A stretch of 64,000 nucleotides of DNA from Anthoceros angustus (lineage: Eukaryota > Plantae > Anthocerotophyta), in assembly GCA_010909165.1 (NCBI GenBank), contig VJWM01000249.1, forward strand, positions 124,001 to 188,000. The letters run 5' to 3'. Made by a program: the position numbers and the translations under genes. The notes beneath the pieces were generated by a model, which was not told the DNA's origin, searched no databases, and was given only the letters and a program-made list of their open reading frames with translations. Positions 13,301 to 24,779 of this stretch are shown here, one piece after another; within the stretch, counting starts at the first letter, position 1, and every line of letters starts with the position of its first letter.

Positions 13301-14717
13301 TTTCTTAATTAGAAAATGCTTCAAATCAAGAAAACAAAAGAAATCAAGAAAATAAATTTTCTGCTATTTTCTTTAAAAACATCTATATTAGATCTGCAGA
13401 ATCGGGAAGAGATCCTAGTGCACTCCATTTGGATTCTTTCTAAGCAATTCCAATGGGAATACACTATGACAACCGCCTGATCGGCAGATAACATATCGAA
13501 TTACAAGAGAAATTAAGAATGCAAGTGTTTTGCATTCTGAAAGCAAAAATTCAAGCCAAATGAAATAGCTGAATTGGAAGGCCAGCAGTGGCAACCTCGC
13601 CCTGCTGAGCTAATTCCTAACAGACGCAATAGGCTAAGAGATCCTAACAGGCTCACGCTTGCTGATAACCTGCATGGCAGAGAATATCAATGGAGCATTA
13701 GGAATCCGAATTTACCTATGCAAGTTGCTGATTTGAAAGATGCATTCAATACAATCATTGAATGCTTATATTCAGAGGAGCGAATTGACATTCACTCAAC
13801 CCCCAAGGGATCCACAAAACCTACATGAAGTTCGAGTAACACGTGTCTTTGACGGGAACGGACAACCTCGGGGCTTCCTCACAACCCACGTTGCTGCATC
13901 AACAGGCGTAAACGCAATTGTTGAGCGACCGGAGGCACACAATGTAAGAGTAGACATGAGATTCAACCACATTACATAATTGTCACCGGCATAAACGTTG
14001 ATATATAAGACATAAAGGAGCAAAATAGCACTTTTGGATTTCAAACCGTTACCTTGATCAAACCGGAGGCTGCAAAATCCGCCTCGAGGGATTTCGCAAG
14101 CACGTCCGGAGTGTGCTCCGGACCACACTCCGGAGTGTGCTCCGGACCACACTCCGCCCATTCATGCCCATCTTGCTCAACTTATGCTCTAGAATCAGAT
14201 TCATGTCCAGCGGATCAAACCACTTTCCAAACGTTTCATGTCTGCCTTTTGCCCAACCCTCGCATAACAACAGCATGTGGCACACTGGGCGAGATCGATC
14301 TCATCCCAGGCTCATATCCGCAAATTCCTCTCCGTAGAGGGTTAGAGGCCTGAACATACTCCCTTGAGTAAGTGTATGAAATACACCTATGAATAGGTGT
14401 GTTTCATACACCTCTTCGTAGGTGTACGTAACAAAATGTTCCAAGGGCACCCCTAAAACGAACTTGCCCCAGGCTCGTCGATTGTCGGTAGTCATCCAAC
14501 TGACGCGCCATCTAGCCGGATGACTCACGGGTTTGTAGTCACCAAAATCCAAGCTTGGTTGGTCGAATAGATGAGAGTGTATTTTTGAGCCCTAAATCTC
14601 AGTTCATTGCATACTATAAGTATTAGAGTTGACTCAACCTATTTAGTTGAGATAGCAAAATAGTAGACAATCGGTTGGCAGGGTGTGTTGATAATAAATC
14701 AAGTGGCTGTTTGATTG
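10322..14717 (+). repeat. ~1.57 kb unit duplicated, with a nested ~630-bp triplication in the first copy
   Basis: ttgattgctgaaagtatgtaatt at 10322 and ~13140. Nested repeats restart at ~11421 and ~12051 (gccgagctaattcctaatgc). Confidence 0.9.
14105..14156. repeat. Two tandem copies of a 24-bp quasi-palindrome (ccggagtgtgctccggaccacact)
   Basis: Seen at 14105-14156 and 11265-11316. Degenerate versions at ~11900 and ~12540. Confidence 0.85.
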
Positions 14718-16608
14718 ATCAACCAGCTATATTACTGGTACCCTTTGCAGGTAGATTAGAACCTTTGGATAGTGGAGGCCGAGAATTAAAACAGATAGAC
14801 AAAGTGATTAAGTCGATCAGGTCGGAATGCCAAAAGCAATCATTTTCTCGCACCTCACATTAGATAAGTGTCGATACAACCATGAGTTTATGACTAAGAT
14901 GTTGAACTTCGCAGACCGCCATCACTATGTTACTTTCCTATGGCCATGTATTAAGGACACATTGCAAGAGAGATCGATACCAATTCCGACAACTACAGAA
15001 TGGATAGAAAAGCAGACTTTGGGACGTGTATGACTTTTTGCGTAGAGAACTCGACTTCACTCTAAGCTTGAGCATCGATGAGCGCTTGCATTGGGCAATC
15101 CGAATTGCAGAATTCTTAGAGGAGCTCCAAAAGCGTTATCGATTGCCATCTTGGAAGTCGAAGTGACTAGAGATTCTCGAAACAAGTCAAGTTGTATGGC
15201 ACGAGTGGACTAAGTACATGGGTATGTGCCATGTACATAAATGTGTGCCCTATGAATTGGTTCACTTCTCACCTACAGGTTGGCATGCAAGTTTACATGG
15301 TGGATGACGAAACACGTATGAAACATAAACCTAAGTCCTCGACCGACTTTCTAAAGATAGTATGCAAGCACGTATAGGAGAAGCCATGGTGCCAACATCA
15401 CATACAAGTACTAGCTGCCCAACTGGAGAAGGATGTGAGCACCATGTGAACGCAAGAGGAAAACAATCGCTCAAAACTCAGCTGCTCAGTTTAATTTCAA
15501 GTTCGTGGATATCAATCCGGTATAGCTGCATATCATTGTAATATAAGGTCTTCCAGCAAGTTTCTTTAGAAGTGGCTAACTTATCCTATTGAACAATAAA
15601 AAATAAACTTCTATATACATATTGAAACTAATATTTACAATGACCACTAGTGCTAAAGTGATCTTATAATTTTTTCCTTTGTGCGAGTTGGTGAACTCTG
15701 CTCTAGAAGTTATCCTTTGATTACTTTAGCACGCCCTGCACTTGTGCAATTGGATTAAAGCACAAGAGAAGGGAAGTTTGGCTGTTCCTTGAATAGTTTG
15801 GACATCCATGAATTATTGACTGTATGAAGCTGAAACGGGCATCCATAAACGGCTACTAAGACCCGGATCCGGGGCCGTGCACATGGTCATGCACTCGTTA
15901 AACAGTATGATGCGGGAGGGTCGGTGGAGCAGCGCGCGGCAAGAGAGTTCCTCCGGGTTTCCCTGGAAAGGGAACGCTACATATATGGGCTGTTCAGTGT
16001 AGAAGCGACAAGGCGAGAAAAAGTTGTGTAGGGCCGGGGTCCCGGGTCCGGGTCCAGGTCCAGGTCGTGGCCCCCACACCAAGACCCCTTTTTCGGCTCC
16101 TCTGCCTTTCCACCTCCTGTTCTTATCGCTTGGTGGGCACCCGGGGACCCGGGCACCCGGGCGGGCCGGGCCGGTCCCAAATTTGTGACCTGGAAATAGT
16201 GATATAATTGCAGGTTGCGCGTTCCGGTGGGGAAAGGAAAATACATTTGTACCGCGGGAGCAGATACTCCGTTATCCACACGAATGCTCCCACGCCCGGC
16301 GTGGGCTGCTCCCATTGGCTCCGCCGATGTTAGCCAGCGAGTAAAACCTGTTATCGCAGTGGCCTGCAGAAGCCTCCCCATTGGCCCCCGCACCATCCGC
16401 CTTTTGTGCTTTTACCTCTTATTTTCTATGTTGGTCCCGGCCCGGCTCGGCCAGACCCCTTTCCCCCCGCCCGGCCTCCTTCCCTTGTCTCCTCTACCGG
16501 CCCCGGCGTCCTGCAATTCGCGACCCGCTACTCTCCCGCGCCTCTCTCACCCGACCACACCGATGCTTGCGGCTCGCGCATTCGACCGCCTCCGCCGCTC
16601 CCTGCTCC

Positions 16609-16719
16609 ATGGCGCCTCCCGGGCCTGCTGATCGCGCCGCCCGCCACATCTCGACGCTGTTCGCGCTCCATCAGCTGCTGCTTCATCTCAATTTGAATGT
16701 GAGCTGGAGGCTCGGGTAG
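16609..16719 (+). promoter_or_regulatory. Candidate 36-aa upstream ORF in the COL 5' leader
   Basis: tccATGGcg start, MAPPGPADRAARHISTLFALHQLLLHLNLNVSWRLG*, ending 76 nt before the COL ATG. Confidence 0.35.
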
Positions 16720-16795
16720 CGCTACCTGAAGCTGAAGCAAAGCTAAGGAAAAAAAGGGGCAGAGCAGAGCTGTGCACATCAGAGGACGCAGCAGG

Positions 16796-18565
16796 ATGGG
16801 GATGGAAGGGGAGACGAAGCTGGCCATGGCCATGGCTGGCCGCGCCGCGCGGGCGTGCGACGTGTGCGGGAAGGAGCGGGCTCGCTGGTACTGTGCCGCG
16901 GACGAGGCCTACCTCTGCGAGAAGTGCGATGGAGTGGTGCACAACGCGAATCCCTTGTCCAGGCGCCACGAGCGAGTGCGGCTCGCTCCTAATGGAGCAC
17001 CGATGAAGATTGACCGCCGTTCATCCGACTCCACATCCCGCTCAAGGAAGGAGGAGGCAGTGGAGCCGGCTGCTGCTGCGGCTACGCAGCCTGCGCCGAG
17101 CCGGCACCGGCACGGGACATGGCGGGGCTACTCAAAGAAGCGGTCCAGGAGCGGGCGCAGGAGGACGCATTCGCTCGCGCATCTCTCGCACCTGTCTCCC
17201 ACTGCTTTGCCCAAGGTGGAGGATGACTCGGAAGTGAAGCTGGAGCCTTGCAGTCCCTTGCCGGAGGCCGATGCCCCGCACGAGGTGCCGAACTTCTTGC
17301 CGGACGACTGTCAGGAGTTGCCCGTGGTGTGTATGTCGAGCAACATCTTCTTCCAGGACGTGCTTTCCTGCTCCAGCTGGCTCAATGAAGGTAGCGGTCT
17401 TTGACGAGGTCTTTTGATCCTCCCTTCACACTCTACACTCATTCCCGTTTTTCGTTAACATTTTTTAATCATGTGAGATGCAGACGATGGAACTGCCGAT
17501 GACGACGCTCTCGATTTCCTAGTACCAGATGGAAACAGCCAGCAATGCGACGCTCTTGACGACGCACCTTGCCTTGACTCGACCTTGGCTGACATTCCGG
17601 GGGACATCATCGACGATGGAACAATGTTGCTGAATGAAATCACTGCCAGTTCTGGGATAGAAATTCTGGATATGTGCCCTGATGGTTTCGGCCTGGATTT
17701 CTCCGATATGCATTCATTGAGGAGCTGTGGCTCTGAAGTAGGGGATGTGGCTCCTTCTGCCGTTGACACGTTTCAAGGAGCGTCTCCCTTCCGTCAGTTT
17801 GCAAAAGCCAAGACTGAACTAGACTACGAGCATCAAACTTGTGCGCAGGAGCAGCAAGAGTATGTGCACGTACAACAAAACTACGGACAACAAGAGTTGG
17901 AAATCCAGCAACAGGAAGAGGAATACAAACCAAACCTGTTCGGGCATCTACAGATTCCGAAGCTGGAATTAGGTAGCTTTCTAGGTTGCACTCTGGATGA
18001 GCTAAGGAAGGACAAAAACCGACCGGTACCGTGCCTTAGACTCAACTACGAGGACGTCCTCAATGCCTGGTCTGAACGCGGCATGTCATGGAGCGACAGC
18101 CGGTGTCCTCAGTCTGTCCAAGAGGACTCTAATGCCGACTCCGCGGTACGTGCACACACCTTTTGCTTTTCTCTTTCGAACCGTGAAAATTCTTGTCTAG
18201 ATTTGAGCACTAGGTTTGACTCTTCACCTTCTGGTGCGCAGGTTAGCTCCGAAGCGGGAATAGTGCCAGACATGGATTGCAGCATGCTGGAAGCCGGCAT
18301 GGGGCCGGACGAGGGATGCACTGGCGGTGGAAGAGAAGCCCGCGTCATGAGATATAGGGAAAAGCGTCGGAACCGACTGTTCTCGAAGAAAATTCGTTAC
18401 GAAGTTCGAAAAATCAATGCGGAGCGACGGCCTCGGATGAAGGTATCCTCCCATCTTTCACCTCACCTCTCCACAGCGCGCGCTGTTCACAGTATTGAGA
18501 TTGTTTGCTCATGGCGCAATCTGTATGAAATGCAGGGGCGATTTGTCAAAAAGACTGGACAATGA
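16796..18565 (+). CDS. COL: CONSTANS-like transcription factor (single B-box + CCT; group III, COL16-type)
   Basis: B-box [43 protein letters not shown]; [13 protein letters not shown] motif; [45 protein letters not shown]. Exons 16796-17390, 17484-18145, 18242-18442, 18536-18565. Confidence 0.93.
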
Positions 18566-19455
18566 TGAGCGGGCGGAGGTCACTGCCGTGACAGGCCCAA
18601 TAACAGTGTATTCGTACCTTCTGTATCTAATTTTTGTAGTGTAGCGCGATTGATCCCCGTGTAGGTCCTTCGGAATGCCTCTCTGTAAATTATAGGCAGC
18701 CAATATGCAGTGAGAATAGAGGATCGGAGCAGCCGTCTGTGGATGCTTTCCCTTGCGAGGTAAGCGAAGATCGCCGACCAGTGTGTACGTTGCGGATGAA
18801 TGAGAGAAGTGCTGTGCAGTAAGGTTCTTGCACATGGTAGCGTCCGGAATTTGCACCTATCGTTGTTGAGCACCTGTCACTACTTTCTTCACACTCCATC
18901 CTGTCAGCCACGAGAACTGCCTCCTGAAGTGGTGGTGGGCCAAGATCACGGCACCCAAGATGGCATTGCAGCATGCGCTTCGCGCGGAAGATTTGAGCAT
19001 CAAAAAACGGAACATCGTCGCCCTGAACGCTGACTGCTGACACCAGGTGTCAAAAAGTCGAGCACAATCAACATGCAATTTTGAGTTGCTATATGTACAC
19101 AATGAAAACGAAGCGAGCCAGGTTTGATACCCAAACTAGGTAGCCTACGTTAGACTAAATGAATGTTCCTTTTTTGTATTTATTATATAACCAACTTCTT
19201 CCGCCATTGCCTGATCGGTCTGCCACATCCTGTGAGGCGTAACCGGCGGTAACGTATTACCGCACTGTCGCTTAAAATTGCCCGGCAACGACCGGCAACG
19301 TCTCGAGCAGGCTAGACCATCCAACATGTGCCATTTGCTGCGATACATTGGCTTCTTAGAGAGTCTGCAAATAATCAAACTTAAAAATACATTTCAGGAA
19401 ATGAAATACGACGAGGTGACTGTTCTCACCTGATATGCAATGCAGGACCTTACAT

Positions 19456-21637
19456 CTACACGTTCCGAAGCGCTGCCAACCTCTGTTCCAACTCTTCGAC
19501 ACCTTGGCTGCAAACAGAGTGCATCAAAAGATTCGGGAGTTAAATAATTGATCAAAAGAAGGTTGAAAGTTCTACTCAAGCAGGGAAGTGGACGGCTTGC
19601 AACAGCCGACGTGACAAGTGCCATACCTTCCAGTGTCTTGGGCCCTCCCTTTAGCTGCAAGCCTAACTTTAGGTGTCGATGACAACTGCAAAACACGCCC
19701 CAATCAGACTCCAGGATACACGCAAGTGCGTGCATCTGATGGCTAGACACCATAGTGCTCCTAAGAGATGCAATGAAAGCACATGCCGGTGTGCAAAACC
19801 CGACTAGAGCAAGGGGAAGCTAGCTGCAACGTACCTGTGCTGCTATATCCACTCCAATCTCATCAAGCACCTGCAAATCAGAATGACATATAACTTCAAT
19901 ACACTAATTTGCGTTCTCAAAATACTCTTATAATAATCAGCCTTGACACTCGTAGTTTGCTCACCTGATTGGTGAGCTCATCAGTCTCCTCTTCACAGTT
20001 GTCATTGTCCAAGGCATCGTCTATGGTATCTGACATCATCTCTGTCTGCAAACAGGTGATGTACCATATGACATTTCAATCACGCTGGGCATGAAGAGCT
20101 CAAATCATTTTGTCGACTGACTGACGATGTACAACAGTGGTACAATGCAAGTGAAATAGCAAAACGAATGAAAAACAAAAATTACCGTCATGTCCATTTG
20201 GGCTGATTGCCGTTGAAACTCTTGCATAACTTTAGCCTGCTTTGCTGGTTCCATTTGCTGTAGACCAAGACGGAGTTCAGGGTTCGATAGAAGATGGCAT
20301 AAATGTCACACTATGTGATAATCACCTTATTCATAGCTTTGAGGGCTTTGCCTGCCCCTTCCATGGCACCAGCCACAGCCGTGTTGGTGTACATCGCCTG
20401 CATTCTCAGAAGAGTCACACGTGCAGCAAAACAATGTTAGGTTCCAACCTAACAACCCCCTCATACCTGAAACGCTCAAGCATTTCTGGAACTCATTTCA
20501 CTGGCCAAAGCTATGCAATTGAAAGTTTAGAGTAGTCTGAAGACAACTCAGAACCTCATGACATTTGTTAGATCAATCCTGTACATCATACAGATTACAC
20601 AAACGTTTGTCAGCACCTGCGTGTGGGTTGCGATTCCCCTCATTTGCGCTCTGCTACCCTGCAGCTTGGCAATTTGCTGCCTTAGCCGGATCAGCTGCCT
20701 CGCAAGAATTTTAGCTGCAGCCTGCACGCAAAAACCATTCAGTGAATTCCTAAACCCTTGCTGGAGGCTGTGACAACAGCCTGGTATGTAACATGAACTT
20801 GAAGACTCCGCAACTCCAGTTCCCTCATATCACATTGCATCATCAACTCGCTGTCAAACAGCCATTGTCCCTATCCTACAAAGAGTTTCAACCATAAGAT
20901 CTCATTGCCTACTCAACCTCATTCCCAGTCTTTGCTGTCTTCTTAATCTCTGCGACAAGCTTCTTCTCCTGCAGAAGAGAAAAAAAGCGTCATGAGGGTT
21001 GCACAAAAGGTGAAAAACAAGAGTCTCCATCAAAAGACACTGATGCACTGACAGCAAGTGTTCAGAGCAGGTGGTAACCTCAAGCTGCAGCGCTCCTATC
21101 TCCCTCTCTATCCCTACGACACGGCATGAGAACCAGCGCCATTGTCAGCAGATATGGGCACACTTACGAGCTCAATCCACTGCCAGCTCCGGCAGATTGG
21201 CGAACCCCTAGAGTAAGCAAATTTGCACAGTAAACCAACACCAGCCAATGCTTGGTTGGAGAACACATCATCGCTGAAAAGCTGCCAAGCACCCTAGGGC
21301 ACACAGACAATCAACAAACTGCAGCAGCAGCAGTCAGGGCTCAGTCTCATCACCCTAGCTCACCTCTCGTTGCAACAGCCATCTCCCGTTTGCTTGTCCG
21401 TAAAGCATCTGCCAAATCAACACGACAGCTATAACCACCAGAATCTGAAGCCTTACACTACCAGGTGAACCCTTGACCCTTTCCTCTTCAAGTCAATTGC
21501 CCAAGAGCTACAGCTCGGCATTAGGGCCCGCGCCCCACACTACATTGCAGGGCTGCCCTACACGAAGCACAGCTCATGGACGAGGAAGAAAGCTGACAGC
21601 ACGCACCTTTAGCGGAGGGCTTTTTGAAGATGTTCAT
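19456..21637 (-). CDS. VPS2: ESCRT-III subunit VPS2 (Snf7 family, VPS2.2/2.3-like), multi-exon
   Basis: Spliced translation MNIFKKPSAKDALRTSKREMAVATRG..EKKLVAEIKKTAKTGNE..KILARQLIRLRQQIAKLQGSRAQMRGIATHTQ..VLDEIGVDIAAQLSSTPK..VEELEQRLAALRNV*. Confidence 0.93.
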
Positions 21638-22148
21638 CGTGCCGACAGCGCCCGCGCCCACAAAGCGCAAAGCGCAATACGATCAATCCAACGCCAGCAG
21701 CAGGCAATCACACCCCGTTCACGTCCAGATCAAGGAGCGAGCGCAGCCGAGAGCGGCAGGGGCAGAGGCAGCAACGCACTCGTCCCGAGCACAGGAACTG
21801 GAAGGAAGACGCGGCCATACCCATGCGCTGTCGTAAAGGATAGTACTAAATTTAACAGAGCCAGCGCCGTTGCAGCGATGCTCAATACTCCTAACGGCTA
21901 CTCCGTTTTCTACCTCAGTAGGCTCAGTTCCGGTTCAAGTTGTGGATAAAATTGAACTCCCCTGCGTTATTTACTGCGCTCCTTGTGTCATTAACTGGAG
22001 GCGACGGAGGCCACGTCACACGATCTATCCAACGCACCAGTTCACGGCCCACATTGGCCTGCCTCAAGGCAAGCCTTGAGAGTCTCTCCATCTCAGGGGA
22101 CCTGGTATCTGAATTCGTGAATTCGTTTGTAGACGTGAGCTTGTGGAC

Positions 22149-24099
22149 ATGGCCGCCTCCACTGCGGCTGCCGCCGCTGCCGGGATCGCGCGGCTCACGC
22201 AGCTCGCAGCAGGCGACCCCGGGCGGGCCGCGCACACTTCTTTTCTGGGCAATGCGTGCTCGCTGCGATCCCTCGACAAGGTCTGTTTTTTGTCCTTCCG
22301 CTGTGCCGTTTGCCGTTTTCATTTTCTGGGTTTCGATTTCTGATTCCGGGCCTGGCCGATTACGGGACAGCCCAGTTCAAGGAGGGAGCGGCATTGGCAG
22401 CGCCAAGCCTGAGCTTCACGACCCGCGGGCCGGGAGGAGGAGCCGGTAATCCAGGGATTTGCGTGCAGCTGTGGGAGCGGGAAGGGAGGTTTTGTTCCAG
22501 ACTCTGACGGTGAGGCCATTGGGTTGGTGATTCAGATGAAAGGAGGGCATCGGTGAAGTGCAATGCGCAGACTGCTGCAGCGGTGTCTGCGGTTTCGGGT
22601 GGCACAGCAGTCAAGTCCACCAGCATTTTGGTTGTGGGTGCAACCGGGACGCTGGGGCGGCAGGTTGTGCGCAGGGCTCTGGACGAGGGGTATGATGTCA
22701 GGTGCTTGGTGCGGCCGCGGCCTGCTCCAGCCGACTTCCTCCGAGATTGGGGGGCTACGGTTGTGAATGTGAGTTCCGGATTTCTGCACTTCGGAGTGGG
22801 AGCTCAGGTTGGTGCAAGGGTGCGCACTTTCCTCACTCTGTGGAGCTTTTCCTGTGTGGATTGGACAGGGGGATTTGAGCAAGCCGGAGTCCTTGCCAGC
22901 GGCGCTCGTTGGCATTCATACCGTTATTGATTGTGCGACGGGGCGGCCGGAAGAGCCCATCCGGACTGTAAGCATGACCGCATTCAGCCATGGCCTGTCT
23001 GGCGTTTTCTCTTTTTTTCTCATGGTTGGTCATTTCTGCAGGTGGACTGGGATGGGAAAGTTGCTTTGATCCAGTGTTCCAAAGCCATGGGCATCCAGAA
23101 GTTCATCTTCTTCTCTATTCATAACTGCGAAAAGCACCCAGAGGTGCCGCTCATGGAGATCAAGCGGTGCACAGAGAAGTATCTGGCTGATTCTGGGCTC
23201 AACTACACTATTCTCCGGCTGTGCGGATTTATGCAGGTGGGAAGGATTGAGTTTGAAGCATCGCCGGAGCATCGCTTCTGGGCTGGGAGCTTCTGAGCCG
23301 ACTCCATCCTGTGTTGTGAATGTTTTTGCAGGGATTGATTGGGCAGTATGCTGTTCCTGTGCTAGAAGATAAGCAAGTCTGGGGTACAGATGCACCAGCA
23401 AGAATTGCGTTCATGGACACACAGGTATGACACCGTATGTTATCCAGCTCCTGACCTGAAGGTCCGAGTTCGGCTTCCGTTAAGGTTTGGTTGCTACAAC
23501 AAACTGGGCCTTACTGCGCAGGACATTGCTCGACTCACACTCACAGCTCTTCGCAATGAGAAGGTTGAAAGGAAGTCTCTCACTCTGGCCGGGCCACGTG
23601 CATGGACTACGCAAGAGGTAGGAGCTGTAACAGACCAGCACCCCCACAGCTTGGTGCCGTTCGACCTTTCTCACTTGGATCCCTGCATGTCGTTACATAC
23701 AGGTTATCAGTTTGTGTGAGAGATTAGCTGGTGCGGATGCCAAAGTGACGACTGTTCCAGTGGGAGTCCTGCGGGCTACACGGCTTCTTACTCGCTTCTT
23801 TCAATGGTCCGCAGATGTGTCTGACCGTCTCACATTTTCCGAGGTCATATATTTCGCTTTTTTCAGTCCTTTTTTTCTACCTGCAGATTGTGGGCATGTG
23901 TCGCTGAAAGTCACTCTTCCAGGTGCTGTCAAGCGATGCGGTTTTTTCAGCACCCATGTCAGAAACTTACGCAACCCTAGGTGCGGATCCAAAAGATACA
24001 ACTACTCTGGAGGTATATCTGCAGGAATACTACACACAAATTTTGAAGAAGCTGAAAGATTTGAAAGCCTCGTCCAAGCAAGGAGAATACTACTTGTGA
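22149..24099 (+). CDS. HCF244: Plastid-targeted atypical SDR, PSII assembly factor HCF244/Ycf39
   Basis: Ala/Ser-rich transit-like N-terminus; [44 protein letters not shown]; [17 protein letters not shown]; C-terminus [19 protein letters not shown] introns. Confidence 0.93.
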
Positions 24100-24427
24100 C
24101 AGGCTTGTCTCGATACCCAAATGGTGATTGAACTGCATGTGTAAATTCTTTGCAAACTTGGGAGTCGGATGGGACTCCAGGTAAAAAAACTATGAAGATT
24201 TTACAGTTTTAACAATATATTTTTGTGCATCTTCTAAATTTAAGTTATCTTCCCAATGGCTTGACAACTCATCACGTCCATCTCTTAGCTCACTTTTCCC
24301 CTTCACAAATGTATTTAAAGATGAATTTGGCCAAAACGTGATATTTTTAGTGAGAGTGAGACGAGATATATTCAGAGTAGCCCCATAGGACATGTTACAA
24401 CAGGCGGCCCCAAGGGCTTTTTAGGGG

Positions 24428-24638
24428 GGGATGGAGAATACCCCATCCCAGCAGTTATCCGTCTCAAAGGAGATGGAGAATACCCCATCCCAGTAGTAAT
24501 CCGACTCAAAGGAGATGGAGAATACTCCATCCCAGCAGTAATCCGACTCAAAGGAGATGGAGAATACCCCATCCAGCAGTAATCCGACTCAAAGGAGATG
24601 AAGAATACCCCATCCCAGCAGTAATCCGACTCAAAGGA
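24428..24638 (+). repeat. Minisatellite, 5 x ~42 bp
   Basis: Unit ggagatggagaataccccatcccagcagtaatccgactcaaa, head-to-tail with no spacers. Confidence 0.92.
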
Positions 24639-24779
24639 GCTTTACCATGGAGTTTCAATTAGATGTCACTCAATGAGATTTGTGGTTTCATATACATAAA
24701 CATATATATAATAGATATACATGAATAAAATCATGTAGAATTCTTTCACATTCTACATCTTACGAACCCCGTAACTATA

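Noticed and set aside
14301-14303. In-frame stops in orphan ORFs as evidence of recoding or RNA editing
   Set aside because: More simply explained by C-to-T decay of methylated repeat DNA; host genes use the standard code.
24428-24638. CRISPR-like array
   Set aside because: Units are contiguous near-identical 42-mers with no unique spacers, there are no cas genes, and the context is eukaryotic.
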